The position numbers were made by a program, and so were the translations under genes. This document shows positions 26,899 through 35,573 of a stretch of 64,000 nucleotides of DNA, in pieces. Location of the stretch: positions 264,700 through 328,699 of the forward strand of contig JACKDF010000001.1 in NCBI GenBank assembly GCA_020633655.1, read 5' to 3'. Positions within the stretch are counted from its first letter, which is position 1; each line of letters opens with the position of its first letter. The DNA comes from Deferribacteres bacterium. GTDB lineage: Bacteria; Zhuqueibacterota; Zhuqueibacteria; Zhuqueibacterales; Geothermadaptataceae. The notes beneath the pieces were generated by a model. The model made no database searches. It was not told where the DNA came from and saw only the letters and a program-made list of their open reading frames with translations.

Positions 26899-29463
26899 TC
26901 AATCTAAATTCCAGCCATTGAGCGCAATTATGGGATCAACCCTTCCGATTGCATGGCGAGGAAAACTCACTCTCACTTTACGTGATTCGCCAGGGAGCAA
27001 ACTAATGTAATTATCACTCCAGTTCGAGGGCAGCACATGGGTATCTGAGCTGGGATCGATCACAATGAATTCATTAAAAAATGCAAGAATTTCACTGTGA
27101 TTGGTTATTTCAACGCTCATTTCTATGTCGTGCTCACCTGCACTCATTTCTGCGTCAACGTCCAGACTTGTTTTGGGCATTTTGTTTAAATCATGAAAAT
27201 TAGCATAGGATTTTGTCGGTGTATAAAAGGCCCAATCGTCAAATTTCGCACCGTAATTCAGGACGTCCGGCGTTGGAGCCAGCCAATAAAAATTGTGATG
27301 CAATTCATCGCAATCCGCATCGAGCAACCTCAAATCAAGAAAGATCAGTTTATTCGGACGTTTTAAGCGAAAGACTCGGGTTGTTCCACTTTTTGGTTTA
27401 ATCCGCACCGTTTCTTCAAGTAGCAGCTGTGAGGCCGTATCATATTGTCGAATCCAGGCAATCTTTGGCGTGTTATTTTGTGCATATTCATCAACAAAAT
27501 ATACATCGCCATCCCCGTAATTGTATGCGAGTTTTTGGGGCGTGCACCCCTTTTTTGCGCCATAAAAAGCCCCGTTCGGCCGAAGGTACTGATCATACAA
27601 TTGCCATGAAGTTTTTGGCCAGGCGGCATTGAGCATCCACTGGATTATGCCTGTCGCCCGCGGGTGATTGATTTGAAATGCCTCGAACATGGGGCGCATG
27701 AGTTCATAATTGAGAACTTGTGCTTTGAACGCGAAATCTTCCGCAGATTCCGCAGTGCCATATCGCTTTGCAATGGCCTCAACGATGCGATCGAGGGTGG
27801 CAAAGGCGTTACGACCACCATGGAAATCCCACGCACTGTTCATCGGCCATAAATTTTCTTCACTCAGCATCTTTCGCAAGCTGTCGATTGGTGGCACATT
27901 CGCACCCGGACAGGTTTCACTGTTAAATCCATAGGCGCCACCGAGTCGTTTATCGGTGTACCAATATACTGGCGGCGTGTAGGCATAAGGCCCGAGCATT
28001 TTCAAGCCGGAGGAGCCGGTAATATCGCTTTCGATAACCGTGCTGGTGACAATAGCCTGCTCGCTGCCGACACCACCCGTGGAATTCAACGAAGGACGCG
28101 TTGGATCACATGATTTTAAAATTTCAATGTAGCGGGATTCAAGATCAGGGTGCGGCACCATGTCACTGGCAAGGGTCCAGCAAAAAATTGCCGGGTGGTT
28201 GCGCAACCAAAGTACCTGGTCCCGGAAAGATTTGGCAATCAGGTCAATTTCCTCCGGTTCAGTCACACCGCCAAAACGAATATCGATAGGTTTTCCCAGG
28301 TATTGCTCATGTTCCCAATGGCAGCTCCAACCAACCATCATGAGAATGCCATTTTGATCGCAAAGATCGTAAAGTTTGTGATCCTTCCCCCAAAAACCTT
28401 CCAGACGAATACAATTCAGGTTCAAATCTTTGACATAACGAATCTGCGCCGCAAGCGATTTGTCATCATCCAGCAGGAATAAATCATCCGTCCAGCCACC
28501 ACCTTTGATCAGGGTTTCTCTTCCATTGACCGCAAATACCCGGTTGCCTTCTGCATTCAGCCAGGACTCGATTTTTCGCATTCCAAACTGCACAGACTGA
28601 GAATCAGAAACACCGCTTTCCGTTTCTACCGACAAGTTCAGCTTATAAAGTGCCGGTTCCCCAAGATTATTTGGCCACCATAATCGTGGATTTTCAATTT
28701 GCAACTGAGGAAATTCCTTATGCGACAGAATAACATCCAGACTTTGGTTCGGAAGCAACTCAATGGATTTACAGACATTTATTCCGTCAACATCGATACA
28801 CAAATCACATTTTGTCTTTTCCGACGTATGATTTTCAAGTGTGGCATTGATCTGCAGGCGCACAAGCGAAAAATCATCATGAAACGCAGTGTCCACAAAG
28901 GGATGTTCGAGCTTAATTCCACCAAAATGATGCACCTGGATTGGACGAAAAATCCCCATATTTTTATCGGGAGAAGGCGGATTCCAATCGACGAATCCAA
29001 TACTGAAATCACCTGCTTGTGGCGGGGATATTTTTATGGCAAGGACATTTTTTCCAATAGTCAGTTCTTTCGCGATATCAAACTGCCAACGGCGGAATGC
29101 ACCGACACATTCCTGATCCGATGCTATCTGTTTTCCATTCAACCAGATTTCCGCACGGTAATTAACACCATCCAATTCAAGGTCGGCAAAATTCATGTCA
29201 CCGGCCTGTGCGGTTTCGAACTCCGTGCGAAACCACCACGGTTCAGCAAACATCATTTCTGGAATCTGTGCCAGATTTTTATCGCGAAACGGTTCTTTAA
29301 TGACACCCAGTTTTACCAATGCGCCAAGAACAGTTCCCGGCACAAGTGCTTCGTACCACGAGCTGGTATCACTTCCCGGAATGGATAATGCCTGCGGTGT
29401 TAGCGTAATTTTCGAGGCTGGCTGCATACGCCAGCCGTCGTTTAGTTGAATTCGATTTTTCAT
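26899..29463 (-). CDS. glycoside hydrolase family 2 protein (exo-beta-glucosaminidase/beta-mannosidase-like)
   Basis: 854 aa. It has a GH2-style N-terminal sugar-binding domain (DGVNYRAEIWLNGKQI), Ig-like linkers and a TIM-barrel block NLNCIRLEGFWGKDHKLYDLCDQNGILMMVGW. I see no obvious signal peptide. Confidence 0.75.
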   Translation of the reverse strand: MKNRIQLNDGWRMQPASKITLTPQALSIPGSDTSSWYEALVPGTVLGALVKLGVIKEPFRDKNLAQIPEMMFAEPWWFRTEFETAQAGDMNFADLELDGVNYRAEIWLNGKQIASDQECVGAFRRWQFDIAKELTIGKNVLAIKISPPQAGDFSIGFVDWNPPSPDKNMGIFRPIQVHHFGGIKLEHPFVDTAFHDDFSLVRLQINATLENHTSEKTKCDLCIDVDGINVCKSIELLPNQSLDVILSHKEFPQLQIENPRLWWPNNLGEPALYKLNLSVETESGVSDSQSVQFGMRKIESWLNAEGNRVFAVNGRETLIKGGGWTDDLFLLDDDKSLAAQIRYVKDLNLNCIRLEGFWGKDHKLYDLCDQNGILMMVGWSCHWEHEQYLGKPIDIRFGGVTEPEEIDLIAKSFRDQVLWLRNHPAIFCWTLASDMVPHPDLESRYIEILKSCDPTRPSLNSTGGVGSEQAIVTSTVIESDITGSSGLKMLGPYAYTPPVYWYTDKRLGGAYGFNSETCPGANVPPIDSLRKMLSEENLWPMNSAWDFHGGRNAFATLDRIVEAIAKRYGTAESAEDFAFKAQVLNYELMRPMFEAFQINHPRATGIIQWMLNAAWPKTSWQLYDQYLRPNGAFYGAKKGCTPQKLAYNYGDGDVYFVDEYAQNNTPKIAWIRQYDTASQLLLEETVRIKPKSGTTRVFRLKRPNKLIFLDLRLLDADCDELHHNFYWLAPTPDVLNYGAKFDDWAFYTPTKSYANFHDLNKMPKTSLDVDAEMSAGEHDIEMSVEITNHSEILAFFNEFIVIDPSSDTHVLPSNWSDNYISLLPGESRKVRVSFPRHAIGRVDPIIALNGWNLD

Positions 29464-29509
29464 TTACCTCATCTCGTGGTGGTTTGAAAAGCAATCCACT
29501 CAGTGGGAC

Positions 29510-29613
29510 GTCATTCCGGCAAGTTTTTAGCCGGAATCCATTTAATGTAGCCTCAACCAATCGTGGATTTTGCTTCACCGGCTTTTGGCTCGGATAAAAG
29601 CATTCCGGAATGA
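29510..29613 (-). repeat. repeat family copy B (104 bp, inverted relative to copy A)
   Basis: GTCATTCCGGCAAGTTTTTAGCCGGAATCCATTTAATGTAGCCTCAACC...AAAAGCATTCCGGAATGA. The reverse complement aligns end to end with copy A. Confidence 0.85.
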
Positions 29614-29641
29614 AAAAAAACAAAGCACTTCCTAATGCACT

Positions 29642-30805
29642 CTATTTCACATCCATTGCCACATGTTTTATACTTTTTTTATCTTTGTGCCACGAATAAG
29701 AGAGATGGATTCTCCCATTTGCAGCCTGAATCATCGCGGGATAGGCGAAGCTCCCTTTTCCTTTTTCGGCTTCCTCTAGTACAATTTTCTGCTGCCAGTT
29801 TGCACCATCGTCCACAGAGAAAGCGATTGTTAAGTTATTACGGCCATTTTCTGTGTTATTGTAAACCAAACACCAGCTTCCATCCCGAAGCACGAGGCCG
29901 GTTACACTTGCACCCGGATTGGGGATATCTGTATCGGTGGCGGGTGTCCAGTTTAAACCATCGTCGTCAGAATGGCTTACCATGATTCGTCCAGGTGGGT
30001 CCCCATTGTCACGCATGTAAGCTACCAGCGCTCCGGATTTTTTTCGCAAAATGACTGGCTGCACATTTCCTTTGCCAACTATTGGCGCTGAGGGAAACCA
30101 GGTTTGCCCGTTATCATCAGAAATGGCCACGAGCGATAAATTGTATCCATCGGAATAGAGTGGCAATAAAATACGCCCGGTTGGCAGAAATGTCGGCGCG
30201 ATGCGGGTCATCCATCCGGTTTCACGCCTTGTGGGATCGGCAGCAGCTTCAACTAACATTTTTTCATATTTTGGTGCGTAGGCGGCCCATGCAAGGTCTT
30301 TGTATGGTAGAGATTTAAATCCTTTTTCGATACTCGTTTGAAAAGAATCGGTATTTTTCATAAAGAGGACATCTTGCCATTGCCAAATTGGAGTGCCAGC
30401 ATTCATGTAATTTTCAGAAATTCGGTACTTCAATACAGATGTTTCCCAGCGGTTCGCAACAACAACCATCCACATAAGCACCAAACGTTGCTCGTGATCG
30501 AGATATAAAATTGGATTGCAGTCGGGATAGTCCGGCGTATCCGCCATTTCAAAAACTTCACTCCATTCGTGCTGCCCTTTTTTAAGCCGTGCCCCGCGAA
30601 TGCGCACATCATCGGCGCTGCGTTCGCCGGAGCCTTCGAACCAGCACGCCAATAAACTGCCATCGGGACATTCTACAATGCTGCTGCTGTGCACATGTTT
30701 TTCCTGGGGAGGGAAAATGAGTTCGGAATTGCTTATGATCTGTGCGTTTAAAAGCGGAAGTTTAAAAAAGAGAAAAAAAAGAAGAAACGAGAATTTTGTA
30801 TTCAT
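29642..30805 (-). CDS. BNR/Asp-box repeat sialidase-family (exo-alpha-sialidase-like) secreted protein
   Basis: Signal peptide MNTKFSFLLFFLFFKLPLLNAQ, taken from the ATG at 30805. Three Asp-boxes are present: SDDNGQTW, SDDDGLNW and SVDDGANW. The N-terminal block HSSSIVECPDGSLLACWFEGSGE is typical of BNR_2 sialidase-like proteins. The substrate cannot be inferred. Confidence 0.75.
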   Translation of the reverse strand: MNTKFSFLLFFLFFKLPLLNAQIISNSELIFPPQEKHVHSSSIVECPDGSLLACWFEGSGERSADDVRIRGARLKKGQHEWSEVFEMADTPDYPDCNPILYLDHEQRLVLMWMVVVANRWETSVLKYRISENYMNAGTPIWQWQDVLFMKNTDSFQTSIEKGFKSLPYKDLAWAAYAPKYEKMLVEAAADPTRRETGWMTRIAPTFLPTGRILLPLYSDGYNLSLVAISDDNGQTWFPSAPIVGKGNVQPVILRKKSGALVAYMRDNGDPPGRIMVSHSDDDGLNWTPATDTDIPNPGASVTGLVLRDGSWCLVYNNTENGRNNLTIAFSVDDGANWQQKIVLEEAEKGKGSFAYPAMIQAANGRIHLSYSWHKDKKSIKHVAMDVK

Positions 30806-30920
30806 ATTTCCATAAGATTCCAAGAAATAATCAACACGCAATAATCAACAAACAATTTCCAATGTTCAAGTCTTTTAAACCTGGAAATTGTAAATTGAGT
30901 GTTGATTATTGGATATTGCT

Positions 30921-30955
30921 TTTCAAAATGGATCAGGGGATATCCCCTGATCCAT
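30921..30955 (-). terminator. rho-independent terminator (28-bp perfect palindrome + TTTG)
   Basis: ATGGATCAGGGGATATCCCCTGATCCAT (30928-30955) is a perfect palindrome. On the minus strand it lies 17 nt after the stop of gene 30972..32129 and is followed by TTTGAAA. Confidence 0.7.
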
Positions 30956-30971
30956 CTCCGGAAAATTTTCC

Positions 30972-32129
30972 TTATTTCAGCAGTACCATTTTCTTGGTAA
31001 TTTGCTGTGTGGCATTCTGTAATTGATAGAAATAAACGCCACTGCTCAGGCGACGACCGTAGCCATCGAGGCCGTTAAAATTGATTTTCCACTGTCCTGC
31101 TTCCATATTCTCATTGACGAGCGTACGAACGAGCTGACCAGTAGCATTGTAAACCCGCAAAGTGACATGTTCCGCTTTTTCAAGGGAGAAATTAATGGTG
31201 GTTTCAGGATTGAATGGATTCGGGTAGTTATTTCCCAGTGCGAATTCGTTTGGCACAACTTCGTCTTCAGCTTTAACTGCGGTTAAAGGTACGAAACCGC
31301 TAACAGTAATGTCATCGACACGGAAAATGTCTTTTTCATCTTCTGTATTCGGTGGAACACCCATCATTGCGAACATAGTGTATTTACCAGCAACACGAGG
31401 ATCGGAGTCGGTAGCTTCCAGTAACCAATCATCTGGCTCATCTGTGGCTTCGCCTTCCCAGATTTTGACTTTTAAATCACCTTCGTTAAGGTAGAACTTA
31501 ATCCAGTAATAAACATCGAGTTCAAGGTCGATCTGAGCGGTTGCCAGATCCTGAAATGTTGCAGTACTCAACAAATTATATGGCGTGTCGTCGTATTTCG
31601 CAATTTGCACAAGATCAGTAACAGGATTCAAGTGAAGAACGTAGGCAGCTTCTTCTGTTGGATCAGAATCTGGTAAACTTTCATCCGGATTCGTTTGCTC
31701 CATGCGTGTTGCAATCAGAAACCATGAAGAGGCCTTCATTTTCTGAATATTCAATTTGCACTGAATAACCTGATTGGGATGACTATAGTTATTAGCTACC
31801 AATAGTTCTTTGGTTGCAGCTTCGTCCGCAGTATCCAATTTTGCAACACCGTTAGTTTCTATCAAACCTGCACCAACCAAACCAGCGTAATTTCCTTGCA
31901 AGATGTAAGCTTCGTCATTTACCTGGCGAACTTCCTGGCCGATAAGCCCATCATTGGGTCCGTAATAGAACCAGCCAACATTTTGCCATAAATCTGGATC
32001 AGTTGCTGTGTCACTGAAATTATCTTCCCAATAAAGGTAGTCTGCTGAAGGGGTTTGCGCACCCAATCCTGCTGCAAAAAACAGGCTGAAAACAAGTACT
32101 ACCAATGCCCACTTTGTAACATTTTTCAT
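30972..32129 (-). CDS. secreted protein with T9SS type-A C-terminal sorting domain (N-terminal jelly-roll/LamG-like domain, weak)
   Basis: The ATG at 32129 follows an AGGAGG RBS, and the signal peptide is MKNVTKWALVVLVFSLFFAAGLGAQ. The C-terminus NYPNPFNPETTINFSL...LRVYNATGQLVRTL...SGVYFYQL matches the T9SS CTD consensus well. The N-terminal ~280 aa is beta-rich with no family I could place securely. Confidence 0.8.
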   Translation of the reverse strand: MKNVTKWALVVLVFSLFFAAGLGAQTPSADYLYWEDNFSDTATDPDLWQNVGWFYYGPNDGLIGQEVRQVNDEAYILQGNYAGLVGAGLIETNGVAKLDTADEAATKELLVANNYSHPNQVIQCKLNIQKMKASSWFLIATRMEQTNPDESLPDSDPTEEAAYVLHLNPVTDLVQIAKYDDTPYNLLSTATFQDLATAQIDLELDVYYWIKFYLNEGDLKVKIWEGEATDEPDDWLLEATDSDPRVAGKYTMFAMMGVPPNTEDEKDIFRVDDITVSGFVPLTAVKAEDEVVPNEFALGNNYPNPFNPETTINFSLEKAEHVTLRVYNATGQLVRTLVNENMEAGQWKINFNGLDGYGRRLSSGVYFYQLQNATQQITKKMVLLK

Positions 32130-32332
32130 ACAATCCTCCTTGTGAATAAGGTTTATTCCATGCAAACAGCAGTTTATGCTGGACCTTTCACATGATTTGA
32201 AAGATCAAATTTTCAAAATGTCAGGTTTTGCATATTCTGCTGCAACATGCGTAATTTGAAACTGTTTATTTGCCGACAATTGGATCTTGTTCTGGAGGAG
32301 CCTGAAGCATTCCGTACGGTTCCTACCAATTT

Positions 32333-32378
32333 AATGAGAGTCCATGAGCAGAGGTGTCATTCTGAACAGACTCTCATT
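32333..32378 (-). terminator. hairpin just downstream of the PorV-like gene (10-bp perfect stem, no U-tract)
   Basis: AATGAGAGTC (32333-32342) and GACTCTCATT (32369-32378) are exact reverse complements with a 26-nt loop. The hairpin starts 8 nt past the stop codon at 32386. Confidence 0.35.
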
Positions 32379-32385
32379 GAACATT

Positions 32386-33420
32386 TCAGAAAGAAAAACT
32401 TAAACTAAAACGATTTATATCCTCGAAATATTCAGCCTGGGTAAAGGAATAATCGAGATGAGCTACGGTGCCGGAATAGTTGAAATTGAGGCCAAAGCCG
32501 AAACTCAAATTTTCTGTATCCTGGTTAAACTGATATCCTGAACGCAGGGCAAATTGATTTTTGTATACCAACTCCCCACCCAAATTGACCTGCTCTGTGT
32601 AATCAATCGGGTGCATTGCATCAATGGAAGCGTTAATCTGAACATCGGAAAAACCAAGATTCATCAATTGATTCATGTCCGCTGCCAATCCCATTTTCAG
32701 GACGAGAGGCATCTGGAATTTCTCCGTCCAGTAAACCATATCGCGGGAAAAATTTTGGAAAGCAACAGCGAAAACCAGGCTTCGGAAGCCGGTGTCGTAG
32801 TAGCCACCAAAATCGATACCCCACTGATTCAGTTTCCATTCTTTGTTCGCGTAGACAAATTCATCATTTTCCTCATCGATAACACCGATAGCATAATCTG
32901 CATGGCCGAGGGACTCATGAGCTATTTTAAGTTTCGTACCAAAGGAAAACCGGTCATTTACGGCATAAGCATAGGTTAAACCGATGGCATAATCTTCAAC
33001 GCCGATATCGCCCGTGGTAATATAGCCACGATCATCAACACTTTTATCCACCCGCTTGGTGCCAATGATGGTGCCGTAGTCCATATAAACGACATCCAGT
33101 CCAAGTGTACCCCAATTACGAATTGGCAGAATCGCTCCCATGCCATATACGTGCGTATCCACCAACCAGTTAACCTGATTGATGACCAGGCTGAAGTCTT
33201 CGATCTGGGTTATTGCCGCAGGATTGTAAAAAAGCCCCTGTTCGCCTCTGACTGAGGCGACACTGGCATTACCCATACCGCTCTGCCGTGCACTTAAGCC
33301 GATATTCAGATAGGTCATCCCACTTTGTGCAACTTTCTTTTTCTGTGCTGATGCTGAACCGAAATCGACAACAAGGATAGCGAGAATCAGCGCACATATC
33401 ATACTCAATTTATGTTTCAT
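32386..33420 (-). CDS. PorV/PorQ-family (FadL-like) outer-membrane beta-barrel protein
   Basis: The ATG at 33420 has a GGAGG RBS 5 nt upstream, whereas the track start at 33432 is a GTG. The signal peptide ends in SASAQ. The N-terminal motif is LNIGLSARQSGMGNASVASVRGEQGLFYNPAAI. Alternating aromatic beta-strands follow, and the C-terminus is SLSFSF. Confidence 0.7.
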   Translation of the reverse strand: MKHKLSMICALILAILVVDFGSASAQKKKVAQSGMTYLNIGLSARQSGMGNASVASVRGEQGLFYNPAAITQIEDFSLVINQVNWLVDTHVYGMGAILPIRNWGTLGLDVVYMDYGTIIGTKRVDKSVDDRGYITTGDIGVEDYAIGLTYAYAVNDRFSFGTKLKIAHESLGHADYAIGVIDEENDEFVYANKEWKLNQWGIDFGGYYDTGFRSLVFAVAFQNFSRDMVYWTEKFQMPLVLKMGLAADMNQLMNLGFSDVQINASIDAMHPIDYTEQVNLGGELVYKNQFALRSGYQFNQDTENLSFGFGLNFNYSGTVAHLDYSFTQAEYFEDINRFSLSFSF

Positions 33421-33440
33421 TTTTGCCTCCACATTCCCGC

Positions 33441-35528
33441 TTATCGTATTATCACAAATTTACCACTCGTTGAACCAAGCGGCTTGCCATCACGGTCCCA
33501 ACCCTCAACATAGTAGAAATAAACACCAGACTTGATCGTCTGATAACTGCTGGAAATCTGGTGCCAGGTTTCATCAGCCGAGCCGGGGATAGAGTTTGGA
33601 TTTTCAGGATTCGGGTGCTGGATTGTTTCGACGAGGTTGCCATTTACCGTAAAAATTCGAATAATGGCTTTTGCCGGCAATCCAACAAAGGAGAGCTGAT
33701 CTTCCGGGCGTAAGGTCTCAAGATAATCTTCCTGGAATGTGCCACCATAGGCGAGACCTTGTAAATGATAGGGATTTGGGACAACAAGTACAGAATCCAT
33801 ATTCGATGAGGGTGGAACTGTAGCCGTCGCACCCAATTCATAATTACGATTATAAAAGGGACTTGATTCTAATGTTTGCCCTGGAAAAAGTCCTGTTGTG
33901 TTGTCTGAACCGTCGTCAAAGCTGGTCACATAGTAATAGTAATTTTTGCCACGTTCAACATCATAATCCCAGTATTCATTCGTGAGCTCAACACCGGAAG
34001 TACCACCACATTCCCAAATCATCGTATACAAATTATCATTTGGACGATCGGATCGATAGACACGATAGCCGGCAAAATCTTCATCCCTTGGATGTGGATT
34101 TTCAGGATCGTCACCGGTAACCCAACTGACTTCAACCCTTCCAGGACCTGAATTCAAAGTCAGGTTTGGTGAGGGTGGAGGTGTGGGAATATTTTTCAAG
34201 CCAATTCTCCAGGCAAATTCCGCACGGGATGCATGCATAAAAAGCGAATCACGGCCTGTGGCTATGAGTGCATTTTTTGCATCGTCGCCTGATTTTCCCT
34301 CAAAGGATAAGGTACCATCTTTCCATTGCTTGCCAGCCTGAATCGCCTGTTTTTTGGAAATAGCGCCGACCGCCTCATATAGCACGATATTAATGCTTTC
34401 GCCCGGAGGCAGATCATAAGGTCCAAACGCAATTAGTGCTATTGGTTGCCGCACATCCGAGTCATAAGGATTTGGTGACACACCAACCGTGCCCTGAGAT
34501 TGATTTCCAGAGCTCAGCTCTTCGTACATTTCTCCTTCCGTGCTGCCTTTTGTGTAGGATTTAAAACGAACCTGCGGCTTAATTTCGATGGTAGATGGCT
34601 GGCTTCTGTCATCATCCTCGTTATCATAACCGGTATCCGCATGCAGAACACCAATCCCGGGGAATTGTGGTGACAAGAATTCACCTGTAAACTGATCGGG
34701 ATCGCCAATATCGTCATAGGTTTTTACCTTTGAGTCGCCGTCATAGAAATAAAGCAAGCCCCGCAGTGAATCACCCGGCTGGTTGCCATAATATTCAACC
34801 CAGTCATCGTGCTCATCCACTTGTGGGTGCCCTCGATCTCCGCCGGGAATGATGTAATACTGGAATCCGAAATATACGCCTTTGAGATTTTGACCCGCCA
34901 ACTCGCTTGTCGTCGTTGTTGCATCCACGTTACCATCATTTGTGAATTCGTATTCTAAAACGATATAGCTGTTGTGGTTGTAATTAGCAAAAGCATAACT
35001 CCTGCGGCGTACAGAAATACCGGTATTTGTCGCCCACTTGGTTTCGATTCGCTCATCCGCATCAAGACTAAACGCCTTTGTACTGCTTTCCCGCTTATCG
35101 AGAATACGCACATCGGCAGTTCCATTCACGATGACATTTGGAAGACGATTCCGAACTTGCTTTTTATTGGAAATGGGAAAAGTAAAGCCGTGAGCTTCAT
35201 CATTCGCATACCCACCCTCGGAAACATAGGTCGGATGAAAAACACCGTATTGATCCGTCCACTCTGTAACTCCGATCCATGTTCCACGACCCGCGAGATT
35301 TTTCCCGGTTTGCAACCAGAAGTCACCACCAGGATAGGTCATGCGATCATCAACAGGAGCGTAGCCGGGGATTGATCCCGTAGCATACATAGTTTCCCAT
35401 AACAGACCGATTTCATGGCTTTTTATGTCCTGTCCCCACAGGGAGTTGCCTGTAATTAGAAAGCTGAGCAGGATGAAAATCAGCAATCTGAGTCTATTTG
35501 AAAAAGGGGAATGCTCTTTCGCAAACAT
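33441..35528 (-). CDS. secreted hypothetical protein with FN3 domain and FlgD-Ig/T9SS-like C-terminal domain
   Basis: The ATG at 35528 has a GGAGGGA RBS. The signal peptide is LLIFILLSFLITGNSLWGQ. An FN3-like block is present (PPSPNLTLNSGPGRVEVSWV...FAGYRVYRS...YYYYVTSFDDG). The C-terminus reads VVPNPY...IRIFTVNGNLVETI...SGVYFYYV...GKFVIIR. The N-terminal ~430 aa is unassigned. Confidence 0.75.
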   Translation of the reverse strand: MFAKEHSPFSNRLRLLIFILLSFLITGNSLWGQDIKSHEIGLLWETMYATGSIPGYAPVDDRMTYPGGDFWLQTGKNLAGRGTWIGVTEWTDQYGVFHPTYVSEGGYANDEAHGFTFPISNKKQVRNRLPNVIVNGTADVRILDKRESSTKAFSLDADERIETKWATNTGISVRRRSYAFANYNHNSYIVLEYEFTNDGNVDATTTTSELAGQNLKGVYFGFQYYIIPGGDRGHPQVDEHDDWVEYYGNQPGDSLRGLLYFYDGDSKVKTYDDIGDPDQFTGEFLSPQFPGIGVLHADTGYDNEDDDRSQPSTIEIKPQVRFKSYTKGSTEGEMYEELSSGNQSQGTVGVSPNPYDSDVRQPIALIAFGPYDLPPGESINIVLYEAVGAISKKQAIQAGKQWKDGTLSFEGKSGDDAKNALIATGRDSLFMHASRAEFAWRIGLKNIPTPPPSPNLTLNSGPGRVEVSWVTGDDPENPHPRDEDFAGYRVYRSDRPNDNLYTMIWECGGTSGVELTNEYWDYDVERGKNYYYYVTSFDDGSDNTTGLFPGQTLESSPFYNRNYELGATATVPPSSNMDSVLVVPNPYHLQGLAYGGTFQEDYLETLRPEDQLSFVGLPAKAIIRIFTVNGNLVETIQHPNPENPNSIPGSADETWHQISSSYQTIKSGVYFYYVEGWDRDGKPLGSTSGKFVIIR

Positions 35529-35573
35529 AGTCCCTCCGTTTATTCTTTCAAGTATTGTCATCAGCAAATTGAA

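Noticed and set aside
24113-29613. Whether the three ~104-bp repeats could be a CRISPR array or a tandem repeat.
   Set aside because: The copies are 2.5-2.7 kb apart with full-length genes between them. They occur in both orientations and are about 3 times longer than CRISPR repeats. No cas genes are present.
29642-30805. Calling the BNR protein a true sialidase (nanH).
   Set aside because: The Asp-boxes and the BNR_2-type N-terminal block support the fold only. I did not see the FRIP motif or the Arg triad. Many such proteins act on other glycans or are non-catalytic, so no gene symbol or substrate is assigned.
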